Shown here: positions 46,794 through 56,221 of the stretch, piece by piece
Numbering within the stretch: the first letter of the stretch is position 1
How the letters are laid out: the number at the start of each line of letters is the position of its first letter
Source: a virus
Length of the DNA: 64,000 nucleotides
IMG/VR virus record: IMGVR_UViG_3300027747_001183
Reading direction: 5' to 3' (one strand)
Position numbers and translations under genes: made by a program
The notes under the pieces: generated by a model
What the model was told of the DNA's origin: nothing
What the model saw: the letters and a program-made list of their open reading frames with translations, nothing else
Database searches by the model: none

Positions 46794-48022
46794 GACAGAG
46801 ACAGTGCCTTGTCTCTGCGAGACTTCTGGTAGTCATCCATCTTGTCTAGGTATCCAGCATTTCTGAGATCTTTAAAGACTAGGTTACCGAAAGCAAACTC
46901 CCCATCTTTTCCAATAGAGTCGCCGCGCATGGTCTTTATCTTCTTCTTTATAGCGTCTATCGCGTCATCGTCTGCATTTGTCGATATTAAGTGATCGATC
47001 ATGTCTTTGTAGAACTGCACCTTGTCTTCTAGATGCTCGTCATTAGCAAACTCGAGTTCTAGATGCTGAGGCTCTTGAATCCATGCATTGTTTAAGATTG
47101 AGTATACTCCCTGATCCCTATGAGGAGCTTCCTGTATGTCTTGCGCGTATAGCTCTACTGGGTACCCATAGATGCTGATGTCTGGGTGAGTCAGAGTCCA
47201 TAGAATCTTCTTGTCTTGAAGGTACTCGTCTACTAGCTCACGGTCTGGGTTCATAGCGTCTCTAGATATTACGAGGTGCAGGTCTATGTCAGACATAGGT
47301 GTATAGTTGAAGTTTACGTTACCACCGGTAATGATGATGTCATGTACCATGGCGCGATCGATCTTTGCAAACTTCATCCACGTATCTGCTATCTGCATGA
47401 GTTTTCCGCGGACTTCTGTCTTTAGTCTGTTCTCTTGCCAGAGCTTCGAGTTTAGCTGGTCATGATACTCTAGACTGGTCTCTTTTAGTCCAGTCTGCGC
47501 TACGTGCTTGAGCGGCGTAAGCTTAGACCTTCTAAGAAGACCGGTAGAGTAATTCATGTTACTGCGCCTGTACTTGCGAGCAGCTTCTGGGTTGACTATC
47601 GGGATCTCGCCAGCTCTTGATCCCAGTGCGATTCCTGCGCCTGAAGTTGAGTTTGAAGGAGCGTCTTCGTATAGGTCGTAAACTTCGTTGAGTGTCTTCT
47701 GAAACTCTTCTTCTAGGTTGAAGAGCACGTTGTGTGGGTTCTGCTGGTATGACTCGTACGTCCTCGTAAGGAAGAGGGCTGCAGCGTAGCTAGCGAGCTT
47801 GCTCTTTCCACCTGGAACGAGCGCGATAAGACGCTTTAGGTTGATGACTAGGATGTCGAAGTATGTGCAGATGTTCTGCTCAGCTGGAGTAAACTGCGAC
47901 CTCTGCTTTAGGAACTTTCCGTTTCCATTTATGAGTCCTGCATGATATGCCGGCATCTCTGTGAACGGCGTCACCAGCTTCTTGATAAACTGGTATATCA
48001 TATAGATGTCCATGACTGCCAT
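46790..48022 (-). CDS. Two-domain protein with C-terminal Pol-beta-type nucleotidyltransferase
   Basis: N-domain YQFIKKLVTPF...AY..G.I...G; C-domain ITGGNVNFNYT..SDIDLH and PVELYAQD. Confidence 0.75.
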   Translation of the reverse strand: MAVMDIYMIYQFIKKLVTPFTEMPAYHAGLINGNGKFLKQRSQFTPAEQNICTYFDILVINLKRLIALVPGGKSKLASYAAALFLTRTYESYQQNPHNVLFNLEEEFQKTLNEVYDLYEDAPSNSTSGAGIALGSRAGEIPIVNPEAARKYRRSNMNYSTGLLRRSKLTPLKHVAQTGLKETSLEYHDQLNSKLWQENRLKTEVRGKLMQIADTWMKFAKIDRAMVHDIIITGGNVNFNYTPMSDIDLHLVISRDAMNPDRELVDEYLQDKKILWTLTHPDISIYGYPVELYAQDIQEAPHRDQGVYSILNNAWIQEPQHLELEFANDEHLEDKVQFYKDMIDHLISTNADDDAIDAIKKKIKTMRGDSIGKDGEFAFGNLVFKDLRNAGYLDKMDDYQKSRRDKALSLS

Positions 48023-48023
48023 C

Positions 48024-48416
48024 TTAGATGTTCCTTAGTGCTCTTACTACGTTCTGGTCGATCTCTATGTCTGAAGTAAGTATAGTCCTGTTGTCTATAC
48101 CAATGCTCTCGACACGATCTGGTAGATTATTTAATGCAATTAAGAACGGGGCTAGACACTTTTCTAGCCCTTGGCACTTAAAAAATAGCATCCGCACAGA
48201 AGCCTGTACACCAAAGAGGTTGAACAGTACTACTATATGGTTTAGAATAAGACGCTCTTTCAGGTCCCCGTCTTCGACGTACCTGTTGAGCAGTCTCTTT
48301 ATGTACTTGAATCTCTTGAGGTCCTCATAGAACTCGATAGTGTCAAAGCACTGCGGATTGTCATAGTGCTTTGCCGCGTAGAGGAGGAAGTTTGATGCGT
48401 CCAGCTTTTCAATCAT
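48024..48416 (-). CDS. Conserved T4-like hypothetical protein
   Basis: NFLLYAAKHYDNPQC...EFYEDLKRFKYIKRL..LILNH. Confidence 0.85.
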   Translation of the reverse strand: MIEKLDASNFLLYAAKHYDNPQCFDTIEFYEDLKRFKYIKRLLNRYVEDGDLKERLILNHIVVLFNLFGVQASVRMLFFKCQGLEKCLAPFLIALNNLPDRVESIGIDNRTILTSDIEIDQNVVRALRNI

Positions 48417-48417
48417 G

Positions 48418-48768
48418 TTAGAAAGCTGTCAGCGCGACTCTCTTGATGGTATTGTTTGCCGTAGCAACGTAGATGTAGTTTGAGTCGAACCAGATCTTAC
48501 CACGAGTAACAGTATCCCCAGAAGTGGAAGGGGTAGTGTTGTATATTAAAAATAGATTGTTCGCCGTAAAGTTTTGAGACGCTACAGCGTTAGCTGCAAG
48601 AGTAACTGTATTAGAGAATCTAGCGCTGACCACTACGTTAGCGTAGAAGTTAGTCAGCGTTATCTTGACTGTAGTAGGTGAGCCAGCTGGGTCATGGACT
48701 ATTGGAATCACGTCGTTTGCAGATATATAACTTATTGCGTTTAGTCCAGTTATCTTAGTCGCAGTCAT
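48418..48768 (-). CDS. Small structural/fibre-like protein
   Basis: KIT.L N-terminus; G.IWFDSNYIYVATANN..KRVAL C-terminus. Confidence 0.7.
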   Translation of the reverse strand: MTATKITGLNAISYISANDVIPIVHDPAGSPTTVKITLTNFYANVVVSARFSNTVTLAANAVASQNFTANNLFLIYNTTPSTSGDTVTRGKIWFDSNYIYVATANNTIKRVALTAF

Positions 48769-48790
48769 GCTGGCTCACCTTTACTCGTTA

Positions 48791-49804
48791 TTATGCGTCT
48801 GGGAAGACGTTGTCGTCGTTAGCGTCGCCGGAGATCGAACCCATAGCTACGAGAGTCTCGTAGGTTACGCGTCCTGCGCGGCCGCCGGTGCCTATGGTCC
48901 TCTTTATCCAACCAGCATGAGTACTTGTATGCACGCCGGAAAGGAAAGGTACCGCAGCTGCAGTCACACCGGTAATTGAGTGTCCAGTCTCAGAAACACT
49001 CGCAGTAAGGTCGATGTTAGCGCCACCGCTAGTTGCTGCTAGAGCGATAGTGGTAGTGTTTGCAAACGAGACGTAGTAGCTGGTGTTGTTAGCAAGACCG
49101 CCGACGGCTGTGTTGCCTGTAGCAACTAGATAAGTTAGGCGATCACCGACTGCCCATGTAGTGTTGGCAGTAGAGATCGAGATGGTGTCGTTTGTGTTCG
49201 ATACTGCAGTCAGAGCGTTGAAAGTGATCGCAGTAGGTGCCGAGATAGATAGCGTAGGAGGAGTCAAGAAGCCTGCGCCGTTGTTGGCGAACAGGATCGC
49301 GTCTACCTTACCTGCAGTCACGTGAGCGTTTCCAGATACCGCCACCGTGTTGCCAGTGCCGCCGGTAAATGTAGCAGTAGCATTTGCAGTGTAGCCAGTA
49401 CCGTAGCTGGTGAATGTTACTTCACGTACGGCACCATTAGCTACAGAAGCCTCAGTCGTGTCTAGGCCGTATACAGTGTTTGAGTAGTTGTCGTACAGGT
49501 CAGAAGCATACGCCGCGTTGGAATTGTAGTTTGCGTCCATCACGTAGAACCTAGGCTTCTCGCTGAGAACGTATGCTGCGTTTGCCTGTGCAGTAACAGT
49601 AGTATTCTGGTACTGTCCGACTACCTGAGCAGCCGTGTTTGAAGTGATCGAGCGGATCATGTAGTCGTTGTTGGCCATAAGAATGAAGTCGCCAACCTTT
49701 GCTTCTGTCTGAAATGATGTCGATGTTCCGTTGACAAAGCCGTTCGAACTGATGTTCGCGTAGCCAGAAGCTGTCTTGGAATCTGCATTGCCCCAAAGTG
49801 CCAT
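48791..49804 (-). CDS. Virion structural protein (MALWG family)
   Basis: MALWG start; HAGW..R..G.GGRAGRV..ETLVAM end. Confidence 0.75.
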   Translation of the reverse strand: MALWGNADSKTASGYANISSNGFVNGTSTSFQTEAKVGDFILMANNDYMIRSITSNTAAQVVGQYQNTTVTAQANAAYVLSEKPRFYVMDANYNSNAAYASDLYDNYSNTVYGLDTTEASVANGAVREVTFTSYGTGYTANATATFTGGTGNTVAVSGNAHVTAGKVDAILFANNGAGFLTPPTLSISAPTAITFNALTAVSNTNDTISISTANTTWAVGDRLTYLVATGNTAVGGLANNTSYYVSFANTTTIALAATSGGANIDLTASVSETGHSITGVTAAAVPFLSGVHTSTHAGWIKRTIGTGGRAGRVTYETLVAMGSISGDANDDNVFPDA

Positions 49805-49805
49805 T

Positions 49806-50291
49806 TTATTTTTCCTCTCCTATAAGGTCTTTAAGATACCCAGATAATTTGTAAAGAATATGCTCACTCTTGATGTGACTAGGTCTGATAGTATCTTTAT
49901 TTATATTCTTGCCGACAGTAGGAGCTGGAAATGCCTTTTCTACTACTTCTGGAAGCGTCTTCAGCTCATTCTTCTTTTGCTTTATGGTCTTTTCAGTCAG
50001 AGAATCTCTAATGTCTGCAAAAGATGTACCTTCTTCAGGCTCGATTGTGGCTACTTCGTTCTTTACTATCAGTCTGCTCTGCTGCTTTATCTCAGTATCA
50101 TGAACTGAGTTTCTCAGATCTGCAAAGGAGACTCCCTCATCTTTTACCTGTTCTTCTACTTTATTTACTACGAGTCTAGACGTCTGCTTTACCACTGTGT
50201 CCGTGACAGACCTGCGCAGGTCTGCAAACGAGACTCCCTCTTCTCTTTCTGAATCTTCAGTCTTGGTGACTTGGTTCTTTACAAGAAGCAT
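49806..50291 (-). CDS. Hypothetical protein with three ~35-aa repeats
   Basis: EG(V/T)SFAD(L/I)R..V....KQ three times; TAATG overlap with dps. Confidence 0.7.
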   Translation of the reverse strand: MLLVKNQVTKTEDSEREEGVSFADLRRSVTDTVVKQTSRLVVNKVEEQVKDEGVSFADLRNSVHDTEIKQQSRLIVKNEVATIEPEEGTSFADIRDSLTEKTIKQKKNELKTLPEVVEKAFPAPTVGKNINKDTIRPSHIKSEHILYKLSGYLKDLIGEEK

Positions 50292-50725
50292 TACTTGCTC
50301 GTAGCCCTCAGCATCCAACCATGCTTCTTGTGAATATCAGTACGGTCTTGAAGGAAGTTCGACAGCCCGATCTCGCCTGCAGCCTCGGCCGCATCGTATG
50401 CGGTCTTGATGGCTGCAAGTAGAATATTATTATCTGCTAGAGCCATCTTGATCATCTCCGGAGCTGGGATCGGCTCCACCTGATCTTTAATCTTGGTCAT
50501 GTCTAGATAGCGGCTGAGTGAGCCGGGTGCGTACCCCTCGATGGCCCTGATATGCTCAGCGATTGCGTCGTGCGCTTCCCATACCTCGTTGTATAGGGTA
50601 TCTAGGAAACCATGATACTGAGGAAAGTCAGACCCCTCGATGTTCCAGTGAAAGAAGTGCAGCTTTAGGTAAAACGAGAAGTTCGTCGCTAGGTATACTT
50701 TCATAGCGTCCATTAGGTTAGCCAT
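50291..50725 (-). CDS. dps: Dps / ferritin-like protein
   Basis: HFFHWNIEG..F..YH; D.IAEHIR; H.KHGWMLR. Confidence 0.93.
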   Translation of the reverse strand: MANLMDAMKVYLATNFSFYLKLHFFHWNIEGSDFPQYHGFLDTLYNEVWEAHDAIAEHIRAIEGYAPGSLSRYLDMTKIKDQVEPIPAPEMIKMALADNNILLAAIKTAYDAAEAAGEIGLSNFLQDRTDIHKKHGWMLRATSK

Positions 50726-50765
50726 TATGCCCCTCCAGCTGACTTAGTGTACAATATATTAATCA

Positions 50766-51107
50766 TTAGCAGTTCCACTTTCTTAGTGCTTTATTGATTC
50801 TTGAGTCCGGGTCATGTGCTGTCTTAGAAGAAGTCAGTCTCTTCTTCATCCCACCCATGCGCGCGCAGAATGACTTGCGGCGATTGGCTGCCTTAGAGCC
50901 CTTCTTAAGCTTCGACGGCTTAGTAGTAACTGGTGCCTTGAGGTGGCTTCCAGTAGTATGGTTGTAGTGGTCGCGACCCTTCTGAGTCAGCCCACCAGTA
51001 GAGCTCTTGAAACCCTTGGAGTCTACTGCAGCCTCGTCGATCGACGATTGAATGCAGGTGCATCCCTCTCCACAACCCACTTCTCTAAATTCTCTGAAAG
51101 TCTTCAT
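50766..51107 (-). CDS. Basic putative internal head protein
   Basis: MKTFREFRE N-terminus; GGLTQKGR; RRKSFCARM; SRINKALRKWNC. Confidence 0.75.
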   Translation of the reverse strand: MKTFREFREVGCGEGCTCIQSSIDEAAVDSKGFKSSTGGLTQKGRDHYNHTTGSHLKAPVTTKPSKLKKGSKAANRRKSFCARMGGMKKRLTSSKTAHDPDSRINKALRKWNC

Positions 51108-51328
51108 GGCCTTAGCTCCGGATACTTTTTATGAAGCTCTTCTTTAGGAAGCTCATGAATGTCTTTCCACATGTTAGCTTCTTTTTTAGTCTTAGTCGAG
51201 CGTATGTGTCTGCCGTTCTCATCGTGAACGTGCCATTCAGTATCGCCTGTAGTATTCCCGCGATAGCTCACGTTCTTAGTGATTACGGCTTTCTTTTCTT
51301 CACCCATGAATTCTTTGAAAGTCTTCAT
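51104..51328 (-). CDS. Small putative internal head protein
   Basis: MKTFKEFMGEE N-terminus. Confidence 0.7.
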   Translation of the reverse strand: MKTFKEFMGEEKKAVITKNVSYRGNTTGDTEWHVHDENGRHIRSTKTKKEANMWKDIHELPKEELHKKYPELRP

Positions 51329-53190
51329 TGTGAGTCCTTAAAGTCTTTATTAGTAGGGGCGCCCTTGGAACCCGGCTTTCTCATGTGCTCGCCAGAACCA
51401 TTCTTGATTCTCTTGCGCTTTGCCCAGATGTTGTCCCATAGACCGCGCTTTTCCTGTACTACTTCTTCTTTCATATTCTCGTGGCATGCACCGCAGTTCA
51501 TGCCCTTCTTCTCTACCGGAGCACCACACTCCGGACACTTGTACATCTTCTTGTCTTCTTTTAATTTTGCACGAACAGCTTTCTGAGCGCCATCGAGCGT
51601 CCTATACTTTACCGGGTCACGATCATTACCGTGCATTATTGTATATGATTTGCTGTCTCCACCGTAATGAATTGAAGAATCGCCAGTGTGATGCCTCCAC
51701 ATTCCTGGTCTAACGAGTTTAAATTCTTCTTCATCCCATTTTGGTGCTTTTGCTTCAGTCCTAACGTTATCTTCTTTCATACCAATGCCAGGAGGTACTT
51801 TATCAACGTCAGGAAGCACATAAGGTCCTGGTTTTTTTATACCTGCAGCTTTTCTGACAGCATTTTTTACTGTGTTATAAGCAGCTTTAGATTTGTATGG
51901 AACATTATCTATTTCATGGCGTCTATGTACAGCACCAACTAATCGTGGCGAGAGTTCAAATAGTTGTTCAAAATCTTCATTAGTTTTCTTTTTAATTGCA
52001 TCATATGCAGCAGAATTTTTTTCCATCTCTTGGCGATATTTGTCGCTAGAGTTAGGCTCTACGCCTTTTGCTTTCATAGCTTTTTTAATTTTAGAAGCAG
52101 CAGAAACATATCCTTTACCGTATTTTTCATCAATAACTTTCTTTACGATTGATTGCTGACGATATGGTCTATCATCTTTTTTACGATCTTTATCATTACG
52201 AACAGTTAAATCGATAGTGTGTCTATCTTGACCTGAGCGAGGTACCGCCTCGCGGTGCTTTCCAAACTTCTCACCGGGAGTATCACCCCTGTATGTCTTG
52301 GTAAGTGAAGTAGTACCCCACTCGCGCTTGCTTGTGTCTGCTCTATTGTAAGCTTCTTCTATCGCGTCGAGTAGACTGTGGGTGTCGTCTGTGTCGATCA
52401 TCATGGCAGCACTGAAGAGGTCGTCTATGTCTTCCTTTACCTTCTTCTTGCTTGCCTTGTTGATGTCGCTCATCATCTCTTCGGCGTGCTTGTGAAGCTC
52501 AGTCGGAAGACCCGACTTGAACGCGGAGATGTTTCCATTCTTTGCATGCTCGCGCATCTTGGTGCCAGAAATACCCTTTGTACCTTCAGCGTCTGGGTCG
52601 CGATCGATCTTCTTTACTGTAATAGACTTAAAGTTGTAGTGGATCTTACCGCTCTTATCCGGCTTTCCGTTGTACCTATGAAGCAGCTTCTCATATTCAT
52701 CAGCCCTGTCAGCTCCAGCCACGACAACTAAGTGGTGGGCGTGTCTGTTAAGCCTAGCAGCAGTATCTATGATGCTGGGGGCTTCCCTAGAAGTGGATGA
52801 AACGTGAGTACTAGGTAAAGCTACTTTCTTTAGGTACTCAACTTTCTTTGACGTTGGAATCGGATTCTTTTCGTCTTCCTCAGAGTGTGATGTCACGACG
52901 TGTGCAGAACCACCGACTCTCTTGGCCTCGGCTTCTACCGCCCTGATGACCTTTACGTGACCCTTGTGGACCGGCTGCGCCCTCATGTTAAGGTTGGTCA
53001 CGGCAGTGTGCTCTGCGGCTTCCTGTACTGGGTTCATCTCGATCTTGTCGATAGGTGACCCAGTCATGGCAACTCCGCCCTTGACGATCTCATCGTTGAC
53101 CTTGGTGTTCTTAAGTCTCTTCTTCGAGACTCCGACCTTGTTCTCGTCGGCTGCAGTAGTGTTGCTCGTGGTATTATTGGTCTCTGCCAT
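51325..53190 (-). CDS. HxGH nucleotidyltransferase (cytidylyltransferase/NMNAT-like) with modular C-terminal tail
   Basis: RAQPVHKGH; KNP; VVAGADR; RDPDAEG..GISGTKMR. Confidence 0.8.
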   Translation of the reverse strand: MAETNNTTSNTTAADENKVGVSKKRLKNTKVNDEIVKGGVAMTGSPIDKIEMNPVQEAAEHTAVTNLNMRAQPVHKGHVKVIRAVEAEAKRVGGSAHVVTSHSEEDEKNPIPTSKKVEYLKKVALPSTHVSSTSREAPSIIDTAARLNRHAHHLVVVAGADRADEYEKLLHRYNGKPDKSGKIHYNFKSITVKKIDRDPDAEGTKGISGTKMREHAKNGNISAFKSGLPTELHKHAEEMMSDINKASKKKVKEDIDDLFSAAMMIDTDDTHSLLDAIEEAYNRADTSKREWGTTSLTKTYRGDTPGEKFGKHREAVPRSGQDRHTIDLTVRNDKDRKKDDRPYRQQSIVKKVIDEKYGKGYVSAASKIKKAMKAKGVEPNSSDKYRQEMEKNSAAYDAIKKKTNEDFEQLFELSPRLVGAVHRRHEIDNVPYKSKAAYNTVKNAVRKAAGIKKPGPYVLPDVDKVPPGIGMKEDNVRTEAKAPKWDEEEFKLVRPGMWRHHTGDSSIHYGGDSKSYTIMHGNDRDPVKYRTLDGAQKAVRAKLKEDKKMYKCPECGAPVEKKGMNCGACHENMKEEVVQEKRGLWDNIWAKRKRIKNGSGEHMRKPGSKGAPTNKDFKDSQ

Positions 53191-53211
53191 CTGAATCTCT
53201 TCTTTTATTTT

Positions 53212-53219
53212 TATTTATA
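53212..53219 (-). promoter_or_regulatory. T4-type late promoter
   Basis: TATAAATA 21 nt upstream of the 53190 start. Confidence 0.7.
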
Positions 53220-53850
53220 AAGGCTTCATTACTGTGTCTGCACCAGATCGAGCGACTACGTGGTACTCAAAGTCGGCTAGGTAGTTGATAGGACCAGCAT
53301 GCGCGTTCTCGCATATGATGACTGGCTTATGCTTCTTGATACTATTTATTAGACCCATGAGTGCAAAGTGCTCTCCGCCCTCGATGTCTAGATATATCAA
53401 GTCCAGCTTCTCGTACTCAAAGGTGTCTCCACGCATCATTATAGAGTCACCGCCGTACGTCCTCTCGAAGGCTACGCTTCCAGTCCCGCGGTTATTGTTT
53501 GCTGGGTGGTTGAACGTGCACCACTTGTTCTCGTTCCCGAGTGCAGCATTGAACTTGATGATCCTCTTAGACTCACAGTTCTGCGCTAGGCAGAAGAAGT
53601 TTACTGGGTCCGGCTCAAACGTCACTACTCTCTCAAAGATGTCAGACAGCAGTCTCGGGTACATACCCGCCCCTCCGCCTGCCTGTATGACGGTATGTCG
53701 TGACTTGCAATGGTCGAGTATGATGTCCCTTATAGCTCCCCACTCTTGACTCGGGCCTGCCCACAGACCTGAGTCTTCCCACGGCCATACCCAGTCCCCT
53801 ACGCCGTCTATAGTACGCGCTTCTATCTTAGTCTCGAAACCTGGCTTCAT
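53215..53850 (-). CDS. FkbM-family SAM-dependent methyltransferase
   Basis: VIQAGG.AG; TFEPDP.NF; NAALG; LDIEGGE; PVIICE. Confidence 0.88.
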   Translation of the reverse strand: MKPGFETKIEARTIDGVGDWVWPWEDSGLWAGPSQEWGAIRDIILDHCKSRHTVIQAGGGAGMYPRLLSDIFERVVTFEPDPVNFFCLAQNCESKRIIKFNAALGNENKWCTFNHPANNNRGTGSVAFERTYGGDSIMMRGDTFEYEKLDLIYLDIEGGEHFALMGLINSIKKHKPVIICENAHAGPINYLADFEYHVVARSGADTVMKPL

Positions 53851-54968
53851 GCTACTACTCCTCTAGACTTTGGTATCTTAGAGTCTGCAGATGATACGCA
53901 CGACTTAGATATGCATACCGTAGGCTTATCAAACAGCTTGAAGCCAGTCTCTATGTTTCCGAGCGGCTTGTCCGAGCAGCTGTAGCTTCTCTTGATGTTG
54001 CCGTCTGGTTCTCTGATAACGATGCTCTGGTAACCGGAGTTACAGGACCAACCTTTGAACTGGTTGAAGTTGAAAGCATTGAATCTTTCAGCCTGATCCA
54101 TATACCACTTTTTACCCGTGTTATCTTCAAGCTCGACATTGAACTGCTGAGGAACATTTGCGCCATCCTTTTCTAGGTCTAGTATAGGCTCTAAGTCTAT
54201 CGGCCTGATTATCTTTGTCTTTGACTCCGTATACGCTCTCTGGGGCATGCCGTTATGGAGCTTAGACATCATCTCTTCTGTATATCCAGAGACTACGTAG
54301 GAAGCCTTTGGGTCTGACTGAGGCTTGAGCGTGACATTGATTCCACGGTCGTGAAAGTACAGCGCTTCTTCATAGAGCATGTCAAACCACTCTGGAACCA
54401 TTACCATGTTGATAGTAACGCTTACGCCGTATGTCTGTAGAAACTCAAGCTTGTCTGCAAATAGAGACATCTTCTCCGGAGTGTTGATGTACTCACGGTG
54501 ATAGCTAGCCGTGATCATTGCCTTGCTGAACTTTACAGATAAGTCCACATACTTCTGAAACCACTTCATGTTCTGAGACAGATTAGTAGTCATATGTATC
54601 GAAGTGTAGTTTGTATTTTGAACGTCGTCTGCTAGGTGCTGAAGTATGTCCAGATAGCCTGGATGAAAAGTAGGCTCTCCACCACTAAGGCTAAAGTGAA
54701 AGCTGTTGAATCCATTTTCCCTCGCTTGTCTCTTTATCTCGTCTACAGTTCTAAGGCATAGCTCTGTCGGTCTATGATCTTTCTGTTGACTGTGAGCATA
54801 CGGCCAGCAGTATGAGCAGTTGTAGTTGCAGAATCTTCCTAGAATCCAGCTTACTGTAAACATGTCGCGATAGAGCATAGACATCTGGCCGATCTTTACT
54901 ATTCGGTCAAACGGTATCTTAGAGAAGTCGTAGCTGCTTAGTTCAAGTTCATTCATGCCACATGTCAC
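53847..54968 (-). CDS. Radical SAM protein with C-terminal Cys cluster
   Basis: CNYNCSYC; SGGEPT; C-terminal WSC..YSC..C...C. Confidence 0.9.
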   Translation of the reverse strand: MTCGMNELELSSYDFSKIPFDRIVKIGQMSMLYRDMFTVSWILGRFCNYNCSYCWPYAHSQQKDHRPTELCLRTVDEIKRQARENGFNSFHFSLSGGEPTFHPGYLDILQHLADDVQNTNYTSIHMTTNLSQNMKWFQKYVDLSVKFSKAMITASYHREYINTPEKMSLFADKLEFLQTYGVSVTINMVMVPEWFDMLYEEALYFHDRGINVTLKPQSDPKASYVVSGYTEEMMSKLHNGMPQRAYTESKTKIIRPIDLEPILDLEKDGANVPQQFNVELEDNTGKKWYMDQAERFNAFNFNQFKGWSCNSGYQSIVIREPDGNIKRSYSCSDKPLGNIETGFKLFDKPTVCISKSCVSSADSKIPKSRGVVA

Positions 54969-55515
54969 CCTGCATCGGGTCGATGCTTAACTCATTGATG
55001 TTTAAGTGTCTAGGTTGTTCTATAACCCACTTAATATATAAAGCGATCTCGTCTATAGGTATACACTTTCTAGTAGGGTGCTTTTCTTGATTGTTTGACA
55101 GCGTACCAAAGCTTATGTAAGAAACCTTACAAGGGGGTGCAGAAGACCAAACGGACGATCTAGTTATATCGTTGCTCAGGTCCCTTAGTGCCCTCTTCTC
55201 AGAACCGTATAGCCATACTCTACCACCGGCAACCCTGTCTATAGTACTACCAATGTTTATTATGTGGGTCTCAGCGTTCCACTCCATGCACTTAGCGTAC
55301 ATTTCCTGCAGCATCAGCGTCTGGTTAAAGTTATGAAGCGCGGAGTTGTTTATAAACACGTCATGCTGGCACGCTTCCTGCGCTACCCTCTCGCGATCTT
55401 TCTTAGTCGTAAGATCGTATCCGCTGCTCTTACTAAAGAAAGTAGCTTCAGGGTATATCTTGTATATAGAAGCTGCGAGACCTTTCTTTGGATTACCAGT
55501 CAAACATAGTTTCAT
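54949..55515 (-). CDS. Short-chain dehydrogenase/reductase-like protein
   Basis: LTGNPKKGLA; FINNS; INIGS; YGSEK (YxxxK). Confidence 0.8.
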   Translation of the reverse strand: MKLCLTGNPKKGLAASIYKIYPEATFFSKSSGYDLTTKKDRERVAQEACQHDVFINNSALHNFNQTLMLQEMYAKCMEWNAETHIINIGSTIDRVAGGRVWLYGSEKRALRDLSNDITRSSVWSSAPPCKVSYISFGTLSNNQEKHPTRKCIPIDEIALYIKWVIEQPRHLNINELSIDPMQGDMWHE

Positions 55516-56221
55516 ATCTTAATCCATTATCTATTAGTAGCTTCTTGTGAAATTCTCTATATGAGTCTATATCAGATAGTCTAAATTCAACGCCAAACAT
55601 ATCTTCTAGTTCGTGCACATATCTATAGCCGTTCTCAAATAGAAGTCTATCCATGTAGACTATAGTCTCATTATTCATGTACTCAGGAGATCGATTCCTA
55701 TAGAAACTATATACAGACGTATTATTATAGTGATCGAGTGCTTTCTTCTTTAGTAAGAACTTATATATCTTCTCGTTGTCGCGATTGTCTATGTCAAGCG
55801 CTATGTTTATAGACCCGGGAAATATATCATGCAGTGGAAGAAAAAGCTGGTTTCCATACGTATGGTGAGTGTTAAAGACTGCGAGAGTCTCTCTGAGATG
55901 ATTCATCTGGCCACGAAGATCGTCTACTATGTTTCTCTTGAATTGAGTCTCTTCATTGTCAAATACTATCTCAAAGTACTTTATCTGCCTTCTTGCAAAC
56001 AGCGTATTTTCATTAAAAAAGTGAGCCCTGTAAAGCTCACTTCTCCAGAGTCCAACTATTATGTCTAGATTCTTTACGCCATGAGAAGAGGTAATACCCG
56101 GAGTAGTATACGTGGTAGTCAGACCCTCGGATATGACCATATCATTTCTCATTATAAGATTAGCTAGAAAGTCACCACCATAGGAGTGTGGATAGTTTAT
56201 AGTAATGAGCTTATCGAACAT
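55493..56221 (-). CDS. Low-GC hypothetical protein
   Basis: ITINYPHSYGGDFLANLI motif shared with 42187-42984. Confidence 0.65.
   Translation of the reverse strand: MFDKLITINYPHSYGGDFLANLIMRNDMVISEGLTTTYTTPGITSSHGVKNLDIIVGLWRSELYRAHFFNENTLFARRQIKYFEIVFDNEETQFKRNIVDDLRGQMNHLRETLAVFNTHHTYGNQLFLPLHDIFPGSINIALDIDNRDNEKIYKFLLKKKALDHYNNTSVYSFYRNRSPEYMNNETIVYMDRLLFENGYRYVHELEDMFGVEFRLSDIDSYREFHKKLLIDNGLRYETMFDW

Noticed and set aside
53847-54968. Viperin or QueE (7-deazaguanine pathway)
   Set aside because: CNYxCxxC alone is not diagnostic. The C-terminal Cys cluster differs, and no queC, queD, folE or dpdA is visible in the window
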